Of a stretch of DNA of 64,000 bases, positions 48,162 to 58,015 are shown in pieces (the first letter of the stretch is position 1; every line of letters begins with the position of its first letter). The DNA lies in the NCBI GenBank assembly GCA_965208835.1, contig OZ242358.1, forward strand, positions 4,576,001 to 4,640,000, written 5' to 3'. This DNA is from Candidatus Latescibacterota bacterium (GTDB lineage Bacteria > Latescibacterota > UBA2968 > GCA-2709665). The notes below the pieces were generated by a model. It was not told where the DNA came from. It saw only the letters and a program-made list of their open reading frames with translations, and did not search any database. The position numbers were made by a program, and so were the translations under genes.

Positions 48162-50141
48162 ATGGAATGGCGTCCCCGAACGGACGTACAGAATTCCGGA
48201 ATTCCGGAAGCGAATGCGAAAGACGGGTTGTCGCCCCGGGCGTTCCTGATCGGCCTCGGACTGTGCGCTCTTCTTGGAATCTGGCTGACATACAACAGGA
48301 TGGTGGTCCAGGGCCCCTTTATGGGCTGGTACTTTCTGGACCGGGGCGTGCTTTTCGTCTTTTTCTTGCTGGCCGTACTGCTCAACCCGCTGCTCGGTCT
48401 GCTGAAGCGCCGCTACGCCCTGGGCCGGGGCGAGTTGCTGGCCATCTATGCAATGCTGCTGCTCCTGATGCCCGCATGGGCGATGACCAAGGCATTGCTC
48501 GGGTTCATGACGGGCGTAACCTACTATGCGTCTCCCGAGATGCGGCACCTCGAGGCTGTCCTGCCCTACTCCCTGCCGTGGCTCGCGGTGCTGGACGCCG
48601 AGCCCGTCAGATGGCTGTACGAAGGATTGCCGAAGGGCGGTTCGGTGCCCTGGTGGGCGTGGGTGGTCCCTCTGTGGAGCTGGGGTTCGTTCCTGGTCGC
48701 GCTGTTCGTGGTACTCGGCTGCGTGGCGGTGATCCTCAGAAAACAGTGGGAGGAACACGAGCGATTCGCCTTCCCCATCATGCAGGTTCCCCTTGCGATG
48801 GGCGAACGCGGCGACGGTTGGATCGGACCGCTGTTCCGAGGCCGGTTGATGTGGTCGGGGTTTGCGATTCCGTTCGCCATCGGTTCGGTGAACGCGCTGC
48901 ACAGCTATTACCACACACTGCCCCGGATAAGCCTGCGCGCGGTGATCTGGATCTTCCGGCGCGCGATACCGATGTCAATCAGGCTCAACTTCGCGCTGCT
49001 GGGTTATGCTTATTTCGTGAACCTGGACGTGAGTCTCAGCATCTGGCTCCTGAACGTTATCGCCAAATGCATAAACGGCGTGTCTGCAATGCTGGGCGCG
49101 GAACGCTACGGCGTTTCCGGGATGGTAGGGCGGCACAGCTCCCAGGGGTCGGAGTTCCTGGCGTTCATGGGCATGGGGTACATGCTGGCGCTGGCCGGGT
49201 ACAGCCTGTGGATTGCCCGGGGCCACCTGAAAGCCGTCTGGACGAAGGTGCTGGGACGCCCGTCACATCTGGTCGATTCGGAGGAGGTGCTACCCTATCG
49301 GACGGCGGTGGCCTGTGTCTTGATGGGCACGCTGTATCTGGGATGCTGGCTCTACCAGGCGGGACTGCCGCCGCATGTAATTGCACTCCTGTTTATCGCC
49401 TCCTTTGTCGTCTTTCTCGTCCTGGCGAGAATCGTCAGCGAAACCGGCTATGCCGCGACCTATTCGCCATTGAACCCGTCGGAGTTCGTCGTATGCGCGG
49501 TGGGTTCTTCGGCGTTCGGTCCCACCGGTCTGGTAACCGCAGGCGTGGGTTACGTGTGGTCGATGACCCGGCTGAACACGCTGATGCCCCGCGCTTCGGC
49601 GGCGCTCAGGTTGGCGCGGGAAATGGGACGGACTCGGGGACTGATCTGGGCGATGGGCGCCGCCCTGGCCGTGGGGCTGGTTGTCGCCAGCCATACCACG
49701 CTGGATCTCGGATACGCGCACGGGGGCCGAAACCTCGACTACTGGTTCCGCGACGTGAACGACGCCGCGTTGCCGTTCGACGAATACGTGGGACGCCGGC
49801 TGCTGGATCCCAGCCCGGTTTTCTACAGGGGATTCGCATATACCGGACTGGGACTGGGTCTTGCCGCTCTGTTCATGGTCCTGCGAACGCGCCTGTCATG
49901 GTGGCCCATCCACCCGATCGCCCTGCCTGTAAGCACGATATGGATGACAGAACACTATTATTTCAGTATCTTTCTGGCGTGGGGCATCAAGGCGCTCGTG
50001 ATGAAGTTCGGCGGGGCGACCCTGTACCGGAAGACCAGGCCGTTCTTTATCGGGATCATCCTGGGCGAGGCGGTCTGCCTGGGCACGTGGAGCCTCATCG
50101 ACTTTGCCACCGGAAAGGTCGGCAATATGTCCCTTCTTTAG
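48162..50141 (+). CDS. DUF6785/DUF6784-like membrane transporter (copy 3)
   Basis: Closest to copy 1 (MTKALLGFMTGVTYYASPEMRHLEAVLP, GGRNLDYWFRDVND). Confidence 0.75.
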   Translation: MEWRPRTDVQNSGIPEANAKDGLSPRAFLIGLGLCALLGIWLTYNRMVVQGPFMGWYFLDRGVLFVFFLLAVLLNPLLGLLKRRYALGRGELLAIYAMLLLLMPAWAMTKALLGFMTGVTYYASPEMRHLEAVLPYSLPWLAVLDAEPVRWLYEGLPKGGSVPWWAWVVPLWSWGSFLVALFVVLGCVAVILRKQWEEHERFAFPIMQVPLAMGERGDGWIGPLFRGRLMWSGFAIPFAIGSVNALHSYYHTLPRISLRAVIWIFRRAIPMSIRLNFALLGYAYFVNLDVSLSIWLLNVIAKCINGVSAMLGAERYGVSGMVGRHSSQGSEFLAFMGMGYMLALAGYSLWIARGHLKAVWTKVLGRPSHLVDSEEVLPYRTAVACVLMGTLYLGCWLYQAGLPPHVIALLFIASFVVFLVLARIVSETGYAATYSPLNPSEFVVCAVGSSAFGPTGLVTAGVGYVWSMTRLNTLMPRASAALRLAREMGRTRGLIWAMGAALAVGLVVASHTTLDLGYAHGGRNLDYWFRDVNDAALPFDEYVGRRLLDPSPVFYRGFAYTGLGLGLAALFMVLRTRLSWWPIHPIALPVSTIWMTEHYYFSIFLAWGIKALVMKFGGATLYRKTRPFFIGIILGEAVCLGTWSLIDFATGKVGNMSLL

Positions 50142-50210
50142 TAGCTGTCTTAACGATTCAAATTTCCAGCGATAATCGACTGATCACTTCATCCAAAAGG
50201 AGCCATACCG

Positions 50211-51113
50211 ATGCTTTCTCAGGAACAGGTTGATTTCTATCATGCCAATGGTTATCTCGGCGTGGATGGCGTTCTTTCCGGTGAGGAAGTCGCGGAACTT
50301 CGCCGGGTCACCGATGCGTTTGTCGAAGCGTCGAGAGAGGTCACCGAGACCGACAAGGTATTCGACCTGGAACCGGGCCATACGCCGGAAAACCCGCAGT
50401 TGCGACGTCTCATCGACCCGTCCTTGCAGCACGACGTGTACGCCCGGGGCCTGCGCCACGAAAGGATCCTGGACATCATCGCGCAGCTCATCGGCCCCGG
50501 CATCCGGACGAATGGAGACAAACTCAACATGAAGTCCGCGGAGGTGGGCAGCCCGGTGGAGTGGCACCAGGACTGGGCGTTCTATCCGCACACCAACGAC
50601 GACCTGCTCGCGGTCGGCGTCGCCATAGACGATATGACCCTCGAGAACGGCTGCCTGCTTGTCGTTCCGGGGTCTCACAAGGAGCGCATACACGACCACC
50701 ACCTCAACGGCCGTTTTGCAGGCGCGGTTACCGAGCCGGACTTCACCGGTGAGGGCGCCGTCCCGATCGAAATCAAGGCCGGCGGCATCTCCATCCACCA
50801 CGTGCGGACGCTGCACGCATCCGCCCCGAATACTTCCGGGAAGCCGCGGCGTTTACTGCTGTATATGTATTGCGCGGTCGATGCCTTTCCGCTGGTCCAA
50901 CCCATTGTTACCTGGGAAGAATTCAACGGTAAAATTCTGCGCGGGGAACCCACACGGGAACCGCGCATGGTCGACGCCCCTGTCCGGCTACCGCTTCCTC
51001 CGGCGGAGCGCACGGGATCCATATATGAAATCCAGACCATTCTCGAGGAGAGTAAGGTAACTCCCGATGATGTGGATTCCCGGAGTGAAACCGCCGCTGT
51101 TGCTACGAGATAG
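50211..51113 (+). CDS. PhyH family Fe(II)/2OG dioxygenase
   Basis: KLNMK, EWHQDWAFYPHTN, PGSH, LHASAPNTSGKPRR. Confidence 0.92.
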   Translation: MLSQEQVDFYHANGYLGVDGVLSGEEVAELRRVTDAFVEASREVTETDKVFDLEPGHTPENPQLRRLIDPSLQHDVYARGLRHERILDIIAQLIGPGIRTNGDKLNMKSAEVGSPVEWHQDWAFYPHTNDDLLAVGVAIDDMTLENGCLLVVPGSHKERIHDHHLNGRFAGAVTEPDFTGEGAVPIEIKAGGISIHHVRTLHASAPNTSGKPRRLLLYMYCAVDAFPLVQPIVTWEEFNGKILRGEPTREPRMVDAPVRLPLPPAERTGSIYEIQTILEESKVTPDDVDSRSETAAVATR

Positions 51114-51191
51114 GGCGAGGAGATTGCGACGGTACGATATCCGGTCAATGGTCGAGATCCAGGAATTGCGGTAAAAACGAGGACGTGACGG

Positions 51192-53171
51192 ATGGCCGAC
51201 GTCCCGGCGGAAAGCCTTCGAGATCGGACACCTGGCGAACGCAGCGGGGTGTGTGAGGAGGTACGGGACGGACTGACGGGCAGGTCCTTCCTTATCGGGC
51301 TCGCCCTGTGCCTCTTTCTTGCAGTTGTCATCCCGTACAACCGTATGGTGATTCAGGGCACGTCGCTCCACTTCTATTTCGTGGACCGGGGCGTTCTGTC
51401 CATCTTTCTCTTTCTCGTCCTTCCCGTAAACCTCGCCCTGAATCCGAAGCACAGACTGAACCGTGGAGAACTCCTGTGTATCTTTTCGATGCTTCTGGTG
51501 TCGATGCCCGCCCTGTGGATGGTCAAGTGGCTGATCGCCTTCCTGACCGGCGTGACCTACTACGCTTCTCCGGAGCGTCCCGACCTGGAAGCCGTACTGC
51601 CCCATATACTGCCCTGGACGGCCCCCCGTAACGCCGAGGCGGTGCGGGGATTCTACGAGGGGCTTCCGCACAGCGTTCCCCTGCCCTGGCTGGCATGGCT
51701 GGCCCCCCTGGCAAGTTGGGGGTCGTTTTTTTTAATTCTGTTCGGAGTGCTGTTATGCATCGCCGTGATATTCCGCAGGCAGTGGTCTGAGCACGAGCGA
51801 TTCGCGTTTCCGATTCTCCAGGTGCCGTTGGAAATGACGGAAACGGATGCCGGGCGCCTGGGACCCCTGTTCAGGAACCGATTGATGTGGGCGGGATTTG
51901 CAGTCCCGCTTCTGATCGGTACGATCAATGGGCTGAATCACTATTTCCATACGGTACCCCGGGTCCAGATGGGGACAATGCTGTGGATTTTCCAGGGGAC
52001 GACCCCGTTACCCCTGAGGATGCACTTTGCAATTCTCGGGTATTCCTACTTTGTGAACCTGGACGTGAGCCTCAGCATCTGGGTGTTCAACGTCATCTCG
52101 AAGGTCATCAGGGGGACGCTGGCGGTTTTCGGCGCGGAGTATACGGATGTCTCCGGGATGGTGGGCCGGTTCAGTTCCCGGGGGTCGTCGTTTCTTGCGC
52201 TGACAGGGATGGGATACATGCTGGTGCTGGCCGCGTACAGCGCATGGACGGCGCGCGGCCATCTGCGAGGGGTCTTTGCCAGGGCGTTCGGGACGTCGTC
52301 AACCGTCGACGATTCCGGTGAAGTCATCTCCTACCGTGCGGCGGTCTTCGGAACCCTGGGGGGCCTGGTATATCTTGGGTGCTGGTTGTACCAGGCGGGA
52401 ATGCCGCTCGCCCTGATCCTGTTTCTGTTTTTTTCCTGCATCGTCGTCTTTTTCGTTCTTGCGCGGATTGTGAGCGAGACGGGATTCGTGGCCACCTATT
52501 CGCCGATCAACCCGGCCGAGTTTGTGGTCTGCGCAACGGGTTCGTCGGCCTTCGGCCCGGGCGCGCTGGTGACGCTGGGGTTCGGTTACGCCTGGACGAT
52601 GACGCGAGTCAGCAACGTGATGCCCCGCGCCCTCGGGGCGCTGTGGCTGTCCAGCGGCATGAGGCGGAAGCGCGGCCTGATCTGGGCGATGGGCGCGGCG
52701 ATGGCGGTGGGGCTGGTGACCGCGAGTGCGATGACTCTGGATCTGGGCTATGGGCGGGGCGGTCTGAATCTGGACCGGCACTTTCGCGATTATTCGCGCA
52801 TCCCATTCGATGCCTTCGTGGGGACGCGCATGCTGGAGCCGAGTCCAGTTTTCTCGAAGGGTATGCTTTATACCGGACTCGGGATGGGAGTCGCGGGTCT
52901 GTTGACCCTGCTGAGGATGCGTCTCAGGTGGTGGCCTCTGCACCCGGTGGCGCTTCCTCTGAGTACGATCTGGTACACGGATACTTATTTTTTCAGTGTG
53001 TTTCTGGCCTGGGGGATGAAAGCGGCTGTGTTGAAATTCGGAGGAGCGACGCTGTACCGCAGGACCCGTCCGTTCTTCATGGGGATTATTCTGGGAGAGG
53101 CCACTGGGGCGGGCGTCTGGTGTATCGTGGACTATTTTTCAGGTGCGATCGGCAACAGAATCTTCGTATAG
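51192..53171 (+). CDS. DUF6785/DUF6784-like membrane transporter (copy 4)
   Basis: Same family motifs; most divergent copy. Confidence 0.75.
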   Translation: MADVPAESLRDRTPGERSGVCEEVRDGLTGRSFLIGLALCLFLAVVIPYNRMVIQGTSLHFYFVDRGVLSIFLFLVLPVNLALNPKHRLNRGELLCIFSMLLVSMPALWMVKWLIAFLTGVTYYASPERPDLEAVLPHILPWTAPRNAEAVRGFYEGLPHSVPLPWLAWLAPLASWGSFFLILFGVLLCIAVIFRRQWSEHERFAFPILQVPLEMTETDAGRLGPLFRNRLMWAGFAVPLLIGTINGLNHYFHTVPRVQMGTMLWIFQGTTPLPLRMHFAILGYSYFVNLDVSLSIWVFNVISKVIRGTLAVFGAEYTDVSGMVGRFSSRGSSFLALTGMGYMLVLAAYSAWTARGHLRGVFARAFGTSSTVDDSGEVISYRAAVFGTLGGLVYLGCWLYQAGMPLALILFLFFSCIVVFFVLARIVSETGFVATYSPINPAEFVVCATGSSAFGPGALVTLGFGYAWTMTRVSNVMPRALGALWLSSGMRRKRGLIWAMGAAMAVGLVTASAMTLDLGYGRGGLNLDRHFRDYSRIPFDAFVGTRMLEPSPVFSKGMLYTGLGMGVAGLLTLLRMRLRWWPLHPVALPLSTIWYTDTYFFSVFLAWGMKAAVLKFGGATLYRRTRPFFMGIILGEATGAGVWCIVDYFSGAIGNRIFV

Positions 53172-53186
53172 GCGGCAATCTGCGAA

Positions 53187-54746
53187 ATGGGGAACGGAAT
53201 GGAAATCTTCGACATGAACTGCATGCTGGGGCCCACGCGCACCAACCGCGAGCCGTGCTTTCGGACACCCGAAGCGCTGCTGGCGGAGATGGATCGACTG
53301 GGTATCTCCGAAGCCCTGGTCTACGCGAGCCACGCCGCGATGGGACACCCGGCGGATGGGAACGCATGGGTGGTTGAGGCCACGCGTTCCCATCCGCGCC
53401 TCCACCCATGCTGGGCCGTTCTGCCCCCGGGTACGGGAGAACAGACCGAGCCGGATGAACTCGTGGCGCAGATGCGCGCGCAGGACGTGCGTGCCGCCAG
53501 GTTGTTTCCGGGTGTCCACGGCTTTCCGTTGCTGGAACGGATTCTTCGGCCGCTGCTGAGATCCCTTTCCGAAGCGGGAATCCCTCTGATACTTGACCAG
53601 GGGCGGACGAGCTGGAGCCAGCTCACGGACTGGCGCGCGGTCTTCGAGATCGCGGAAGCGCACCCCACGCTGCCGCTCGTGCTGATTCGCGAAGGCGGCA
53701 CGACCGCGAGGGCGCTTTACGGGGTGTGGGATGCGTTTCCCAACATTTACATCGAGGCGTCCTACATCCAGGAGTCGCGGATCGTGGAGGAGATTTCAGG
53801 ACGGTTCGGACACGGGCGCTTGTTGTTCGGGACGGGGATGCCGACCTGGGACCCGGGAGGTCCGCTGGGCCTTCTGACGGGCGCGCGAATTTCGCAGAAC
53901 CAGCGGGCCGATATCGCAGGAAACACCCTCAGGCGGTTGCTGGGTCTCCCGGAACGGGAGACCGGACCTGAACCGGACTGGCCCTGCGGCGGGCGCGGTT
54001 TCCGCGTGTTTGACGTCCATGGCCACCTCGGCAGATTTCATTCGAAGTACCACCGCGACTGGTCGGCCGAACAGATGGTGTCGCGCATGGACGAAGTGGG
54101 GGTTGAACGGTTTGCCGTCAGCCACTTTCTCGCGATCGGGGCCGACTACCGTGAAGGAAACACCCGGATCGGCGACGGCGTGGCAGCCTTTCCCGACCGG
54201 CTCGTGGGTTACGTGGTCTACAATCCGAACTACGAAACGGAGATGGCCGGTGAGATGGCGCGCGGGTTCGACGAACTCGGTTGCCGGGGCATCAAAATCC
54301 ACTGCGCGCTTCACGACACGTCGACCGAGGACCGTCGCTACCGTCTCGCGTTTCAGACGGCGCACGAGCGGAACTGCCCGATGCTCTGCCATGTCCACCG
54401 CGGGCCGTCTCCCGCGTTCCTGATGGATACGCTCGCCGCGTTCCCCAACGCGAAGTTCATCTATGCCCACCTCGGCGGAGGCAGCCGCGAGGGACTGGCG
54501 CCCTTTCTGGATGTCGCCCATGCACGGCCGAATCTGTTTTTCGATCTGGGTTACTCGAAAATGGCGCGCGGCACCCTCCCCTGGCTCGTCGAACATGCGC
54601 CCCCCGATCAGATCCTGTACGGATCGGACCATCCCGTAAACGGATTCCCCTATCAACTCGGACGGGTGCTCTACGCCGACATTCCCGACGGGTTGAAGCG
54701 CATGATATTGTGGGACAACGCGGCAAGGATATTCGGCGTGCAGTAA
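53187..54746 (+). CDS. Tandem two-domain amidohydrolase (Amidohydro_2-like)
   Basis: Domain 2: DVHGH, GIKIH, LCH, YAHLG, YGSDHP, NAARIF. Domain 1 has the same pattern but DMNCM, FGTGMP. Confidence 0.8.
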   Translation: MGNGMEIFDMNCMLGPTRTNREPCFRTPEALLAEMDRLGISEALVYASHAAMGHPADGNAWVVEATRSHPRLHPCWAVLPPGTGEQTEPDELVAQMRAQDVRAARLFPGVHGFPLLERILRPLLRSLSEAGIPLILDQGRTSWSQLTDWRAVFEIAEAHPTLPLVLIREGGTTARALYGVWDAFPNIYIEASYIQESRIVEEISGRFGHGRLLFGTGMPTWDPGGPLGLLTGARISQNQRADIAGNTLRRLLGLPERETGPEPDWPCGGRGFRVFDVHGHLGRFHSKYHRDWSAEQMVSRMDEVGVERFAVSHFLAIGADYREGNTRIGDGVAAFPDRLVGYVVYNPNYETEMAGEMARGFDELGCRGIKIHCALHDTSTEDRRYRLAFQTAHERNCPMLCHVHRGPSPAFLMDTLAAFPNAKFIYAHLGGGSREGLAPFLDVAHARPNLFFDLGYSKMARGTLPWLVEHAPPDQILYGSDHPVNGFPYQLGRVLYADIPDGLKRMILWDNAARIFGVQ

Positions 54747-54779
54747 CTGACCCCGAATCAAGCTTGGAGGTCATCATCC

Positions 54780-56492
54780 ATGAAAATCGGCATTCTGACC
54801 CGTCCGCCCGATCTATCGGACTACATCGCTGAGATTTTCACAACCTGGGGGCTTCGCGCTTACAATCGGATCCTCCAGGATCAGATCAAGACCCTGGATC
54901 CTGCGTCGACTCCCGTGCTGGTCTGCCCGGCAGCAGAAAGGGATGACCGGACACACGAGGATCTGATCGGATATGCGCGGCGCGGCGGCACCGTCGTGAC
55001 GTTCCTTCCCCGAGACAGACTGGCCGACGCCACGGGGCTCGTCTGCGAGGGCGCCAGGGCCGCGCCGCTTCGCCTGCGTCCGGCACGCTATCCGGCAGGG
55101 GGGGTTTCGGGCGAGGACTTTCCGGTTGTCGGGGAGGCGGGTCATTACACTGAGAAATCTGAGGCGGGAGTTGGTATTGCCTATCTCTACCATCCGGACA
55201 CATTCGAAGGAGAGTCCGTCGGGATTATCGAAACGCCATTTGGAAAGGGAAGGATCCTGGCGTTCGCTTTCGACCTGCCCGCGTGCGTGTTCACCCTCCG
55301 CCAGGGGGACCCGCGCCAGGTCGAGCGGGCCGTGGGCGGCAACGCAAGGGCAGATTCCATCGGAATCGATCTCGGGCCGGCGGACAGCGGCCTGGTTCCA
55401 TTTGCCGATCTGCTGGCGCGGTGGCTGGTGGAACTGGTCTGCCGGTTCGTTCCGGCGCCAGTCCCCCTGCTCTGGCACCTGCCGGGCGATGCAGCCGCGA
55501 TCGTGCTCTATTCGGGCGACGAGGACGGAGCGAAGATTTCCGCTACGGAACAGGAATTCCGGGAGGTAACGGCGGCCGGTGCGCGCATGAATCTATACAT
55601 CATTCCCATCGGGACGGATTCGACGGCCGCGGACGTGCAGCGGTATCGGCAATACCACGACGTGGGGCCGCACCCGAACCTCCGGTCCCTGGACGGACGG
55701 CCGATAGCGGAGCGCGTGGCCGAATTCGAGCGGCAGATTCTGCTGTTCGAGGAGATGTACGGGTTCAGGCCCACGAGCGTACGCAACCACTGCCTCTCCT
55801 GGGCGGGTTACATGGAACTGGTGGAGGTGCAGGCCCGCCTGGGCATCCGGATGGATGCGAACTTCTTGTGCTCGGCCTACATGCGGGACCGCTGCAGCAG
55901 CCCGTACCACCTGAGAGGCGCGGCCATGCCAATGCGTTTCTGTCATCCTGGCGGGCGCCTGATTGACGTACTGCAGCAGCATACCCATCTGTCCGACGAC
56001 GTCTGGTTCCAGGAAGACGCACCAAAGTCCTTTCACTATTCGCCGGAGATGTACGGCGCGCTGGCAGAACGCATCCTCGACGACAGCGCCACGCGGTTCC
56101 ACGTGCCCTACGGTGTGATCCTTCACCCGGGAAACTGGGTGAGATATTCGAGGGCGCACGGGCTTGTTCTGCTTGAAAAGGCCGCGGAACGGAATGTACC
56201 AGTCTGGTCCTACGATCAGTGGTGCAATTTCTGGCTGATGAGGGATCAATGGCGCGTGGAACGGCTCTCCTGGCACGATCAGACGCTAAGATTCACGGCC
56301 TCGGGCGCGCCTGCCGACGGAAATCTGCGCTGGTTGATTCCGGCGGAATTCGGCGGAAGGGCGCTGGAGGAAGTTCGGGTCGATGGCCGGCCGGCGCCGT
56401 TCGGGATCGTGACCCGATACCGCCAGGATTTCGCGCAGGTGGCATTGGGTGACGGCGTCGACAGTTGCGACATAGCGGCTGCTTACAGCTGA
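54780..56492 (+). CDS. GATase-like plus polysaccharide-deacetylase-like protein (paralog B2)
   Basis: YSGDED, GPHP, RNHCLSW, AMPMRF, ILHP. Confidence 0.6.
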   Translation: MKIGILTRPPDLSDYIAEIFTTWGLRAYNRILQDQIKTLDPASTPVLVCPAAERDDRTHEDLIGYARRGGTVVTFLPRDRLADATGLVCEGARAAPLRLRPARYPAGGVSGEDFPVVGEAGHYTEKSEAGVGIAYLYHPDTFEGESVGIIETPFGKGRILAFAFDLPACVFTLRQGDPRQVERAVGGNARADSIGIDLGPADSGLVPFADLLARWLVELVCRFVPAPVPLLWHLPGDAAAIVLYSGDEDGAKISATEQEFREVTAAGARMNLYIIPIGTDSTAADVQRYRQYHDVGPHPNLRSLDGRPIAERVAEFERQILLFEEMYGFRPTSVRNHCLSWAGYMELVEVQARLGIRMDANFLCSAYMRDRCSSPYHLRGAAMPMRFCHPGGRLIDVLQQHTHLSDDVWFQEDAPKSFHYSPEMYGALAERILDDSATRFHVPYGVILHPGNWVRYSRAHGLVLLEKAAERNVPVWSYDQWCNFWLMRDQWRVERLSWHDQTLRFTASGAPADGNLRWLIPAEFGGRALEEVRVDGRPAPFGIVTRYRQDFAQVALGDGVDSCDIAAAYS

Positions 56493-56534
56493 CGGAAGCC
56501 GTGTCGCCGGTACAAAACACGAGGAGGTGGCGAT

Positions 56535-57176
56535 ATGCAAAAACTGGTCTTTCTGGGCATCGGTTCCAACAATTCGGACATTCTGGACGCCGTAACGGAA
56601 ATCAATGCCCTGGAGCCGACCTACGAGGTGATGGGGTACGTGACGCGCAACGGCGAACCCGTAAACAAGGGCGGCCTGAAGCACCTGGGGGACTTCGACA
56701 CGGTACGTGACCTGCCGGAAGACGTTCAAATCACCGGATTTGCGTTCGGCCCGGGGAGTTATCATGCCTGGCCGGGCACGGTGGCCGGACTGGCCCTGCC
56801 GCGGGAGCGATTCGCCACAATTGTCCATCCCCACGCGTTCGTTTCCCCGCAAAGCACCGTGGGGCGGGGATCGGTTATTCTGGCGGGAACGACGGTGGGC
56901 GCATTCGTTACCATCGGCGATCACGTGATTATCCTGCAGAACGTGGGACTGTCCCACGACGACGTGATCGAGGATTACACCTGCCTTGCGGTTGGGGTGA
57001 GTTTTTCGGGAAGCGTACGGGTGGGACGAAACTGTTTCCTGGGAACGAACTCCACGATAATCGGCGCAACGATCGGCGAGGGAAGCATGGTGGGCGCCGG
57101 GACCCTCATCCTCCACGACGTGCCCGCGGGCGAGGTCTGGGTGGGCAATCCCGGAAGGTATCTCAGGAAGGTCTGA
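56535..57176 (+). CDS. NeuD/PglD family sugar O/N-acetyltransferase
   Basis: FATIVHP, hexapeptide repeats, SHD catalytic His, WVGNPGR. Confidence 0.88.
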   Translation: MQKLVFLGIGSNNSDILDAVTEINALEPTYEVMGYVTRNGEPVNKGGLKHLGDFDTVRDLPEDVQITGFAFGPGSYHAWPGTVAGLALPRERFATIVHPHAFVSPQSTVGRGSVILAGTTVGAFVTIGDHVIILQNVGLSHDDVIEDYTCLAVGVSFSGSVRVGRNCFLGTNSTIIGATIGEGSMVGAGTLILHDVPAGEVWVGNPGRYLRKV

Positions 57177-57218
57177 ACCCGGCGAACGTGACCGGCGACC
57201 GGACCCCCGGGTGAACCA

Positions 57219-57902
57219 TTACCACAGCCAGCCGCGGCGTCCCCCTTCACGGTCTTCCGGCGTTTTTCCGATCACAATATCGAAATTCGCGGTCAGTTCT
57301 CCAATTTCGGATCCGGGCAACGGCTTGAACGGAACCGACAACAGATCGTGTGAAGCGCGGCCGGACCTTCGAAATATGGAGTCTCGCTCGTTGTCCGGGT
57401 TGCCCTTGACGTACATCTGCGTGGTCAGAACCCGGCGGCCGTTCCTGTTAATCGCGAAATGAATGTGGGCGGCCCGGGCGCCAGAATATCTGACGGGTTT
57501 GATCGTACGAAAGCGGTATTCCCCCGCGGCGCCCGTTTCGAATCTTCCGAACCCCTGGAAGTTCAAGTCCCGCCTGTCTTTCCGCGGGGCATCGGTATGA
57601 ATGTAGACGCCGTTGCTGTCGACCTGCCAGATCTCTACCTGCGCATTCTTCACGGGTTGGCCGCTCACGTCGATGACGCGCCCGGTCAGATGCGTGATTT
57701 CTCCCACCGCCGGCGTGATCGCGTCGTTGATGATCAGAAGGTCGTTATCCACGTCCAGCGGCATCCGGTCCGGGTAGAAGGGACCCTCGGTCTGCCGTGG
57801 GGTTCGAATCAGTTCCTCGGCAAAGGCCCCCGGCGTCACGAGCGCCACCGCGCCCAGCGTACCTGCCTGACAAAGAAAACGCCTGCGATCAATCGTCATC
57901 AC
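57219..57902 (-). CDS. Intradiol ring-cleavage dioxygenase with Tat signal
   Basis: DRRRFL signal; TEGPFYP, EIWQ..GVY, GFGR, TIKPVRY, RAAHIHF, TTQMY. Confidence 0.88.
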   Translation of the reverse strand: MMTIDRRRFLCQAGTLGAVALVTPGAFAEELIRTPRQTEGPFYPDRMPLDVDNDLLIINDAITPAVGEITHLTGRVIDVSGQPVKNAQVEIWQVDSNGVYIHTDAPRKDRRDLNFQGFGRFETGAAGEYRFRTIKPVRYSGARAAHIHFAINRNGRRVLTTQMYVKGNPDNERDSIFRRSGRASHDLLSVPFKPLPGSEIGELTANFDIVIGKTPEDREGGRRGWLW

Positions 57903-58015
57903 GGCCTCCCCGGAAGATAAACGATCGGTTGAACACCGTCATTTAGACCGCTCTCCAGCCGGGATAGTTCCAATGAGGGGGTTTAATGTGAGTCCTGTTC
58001 CCGGTCCTACACCAG

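Noticed and set aside
9289-53171. Transporter paralogs as assembly duplicates
   Set aside because: Copies are clearly diverged at both nucleotide and protein level.
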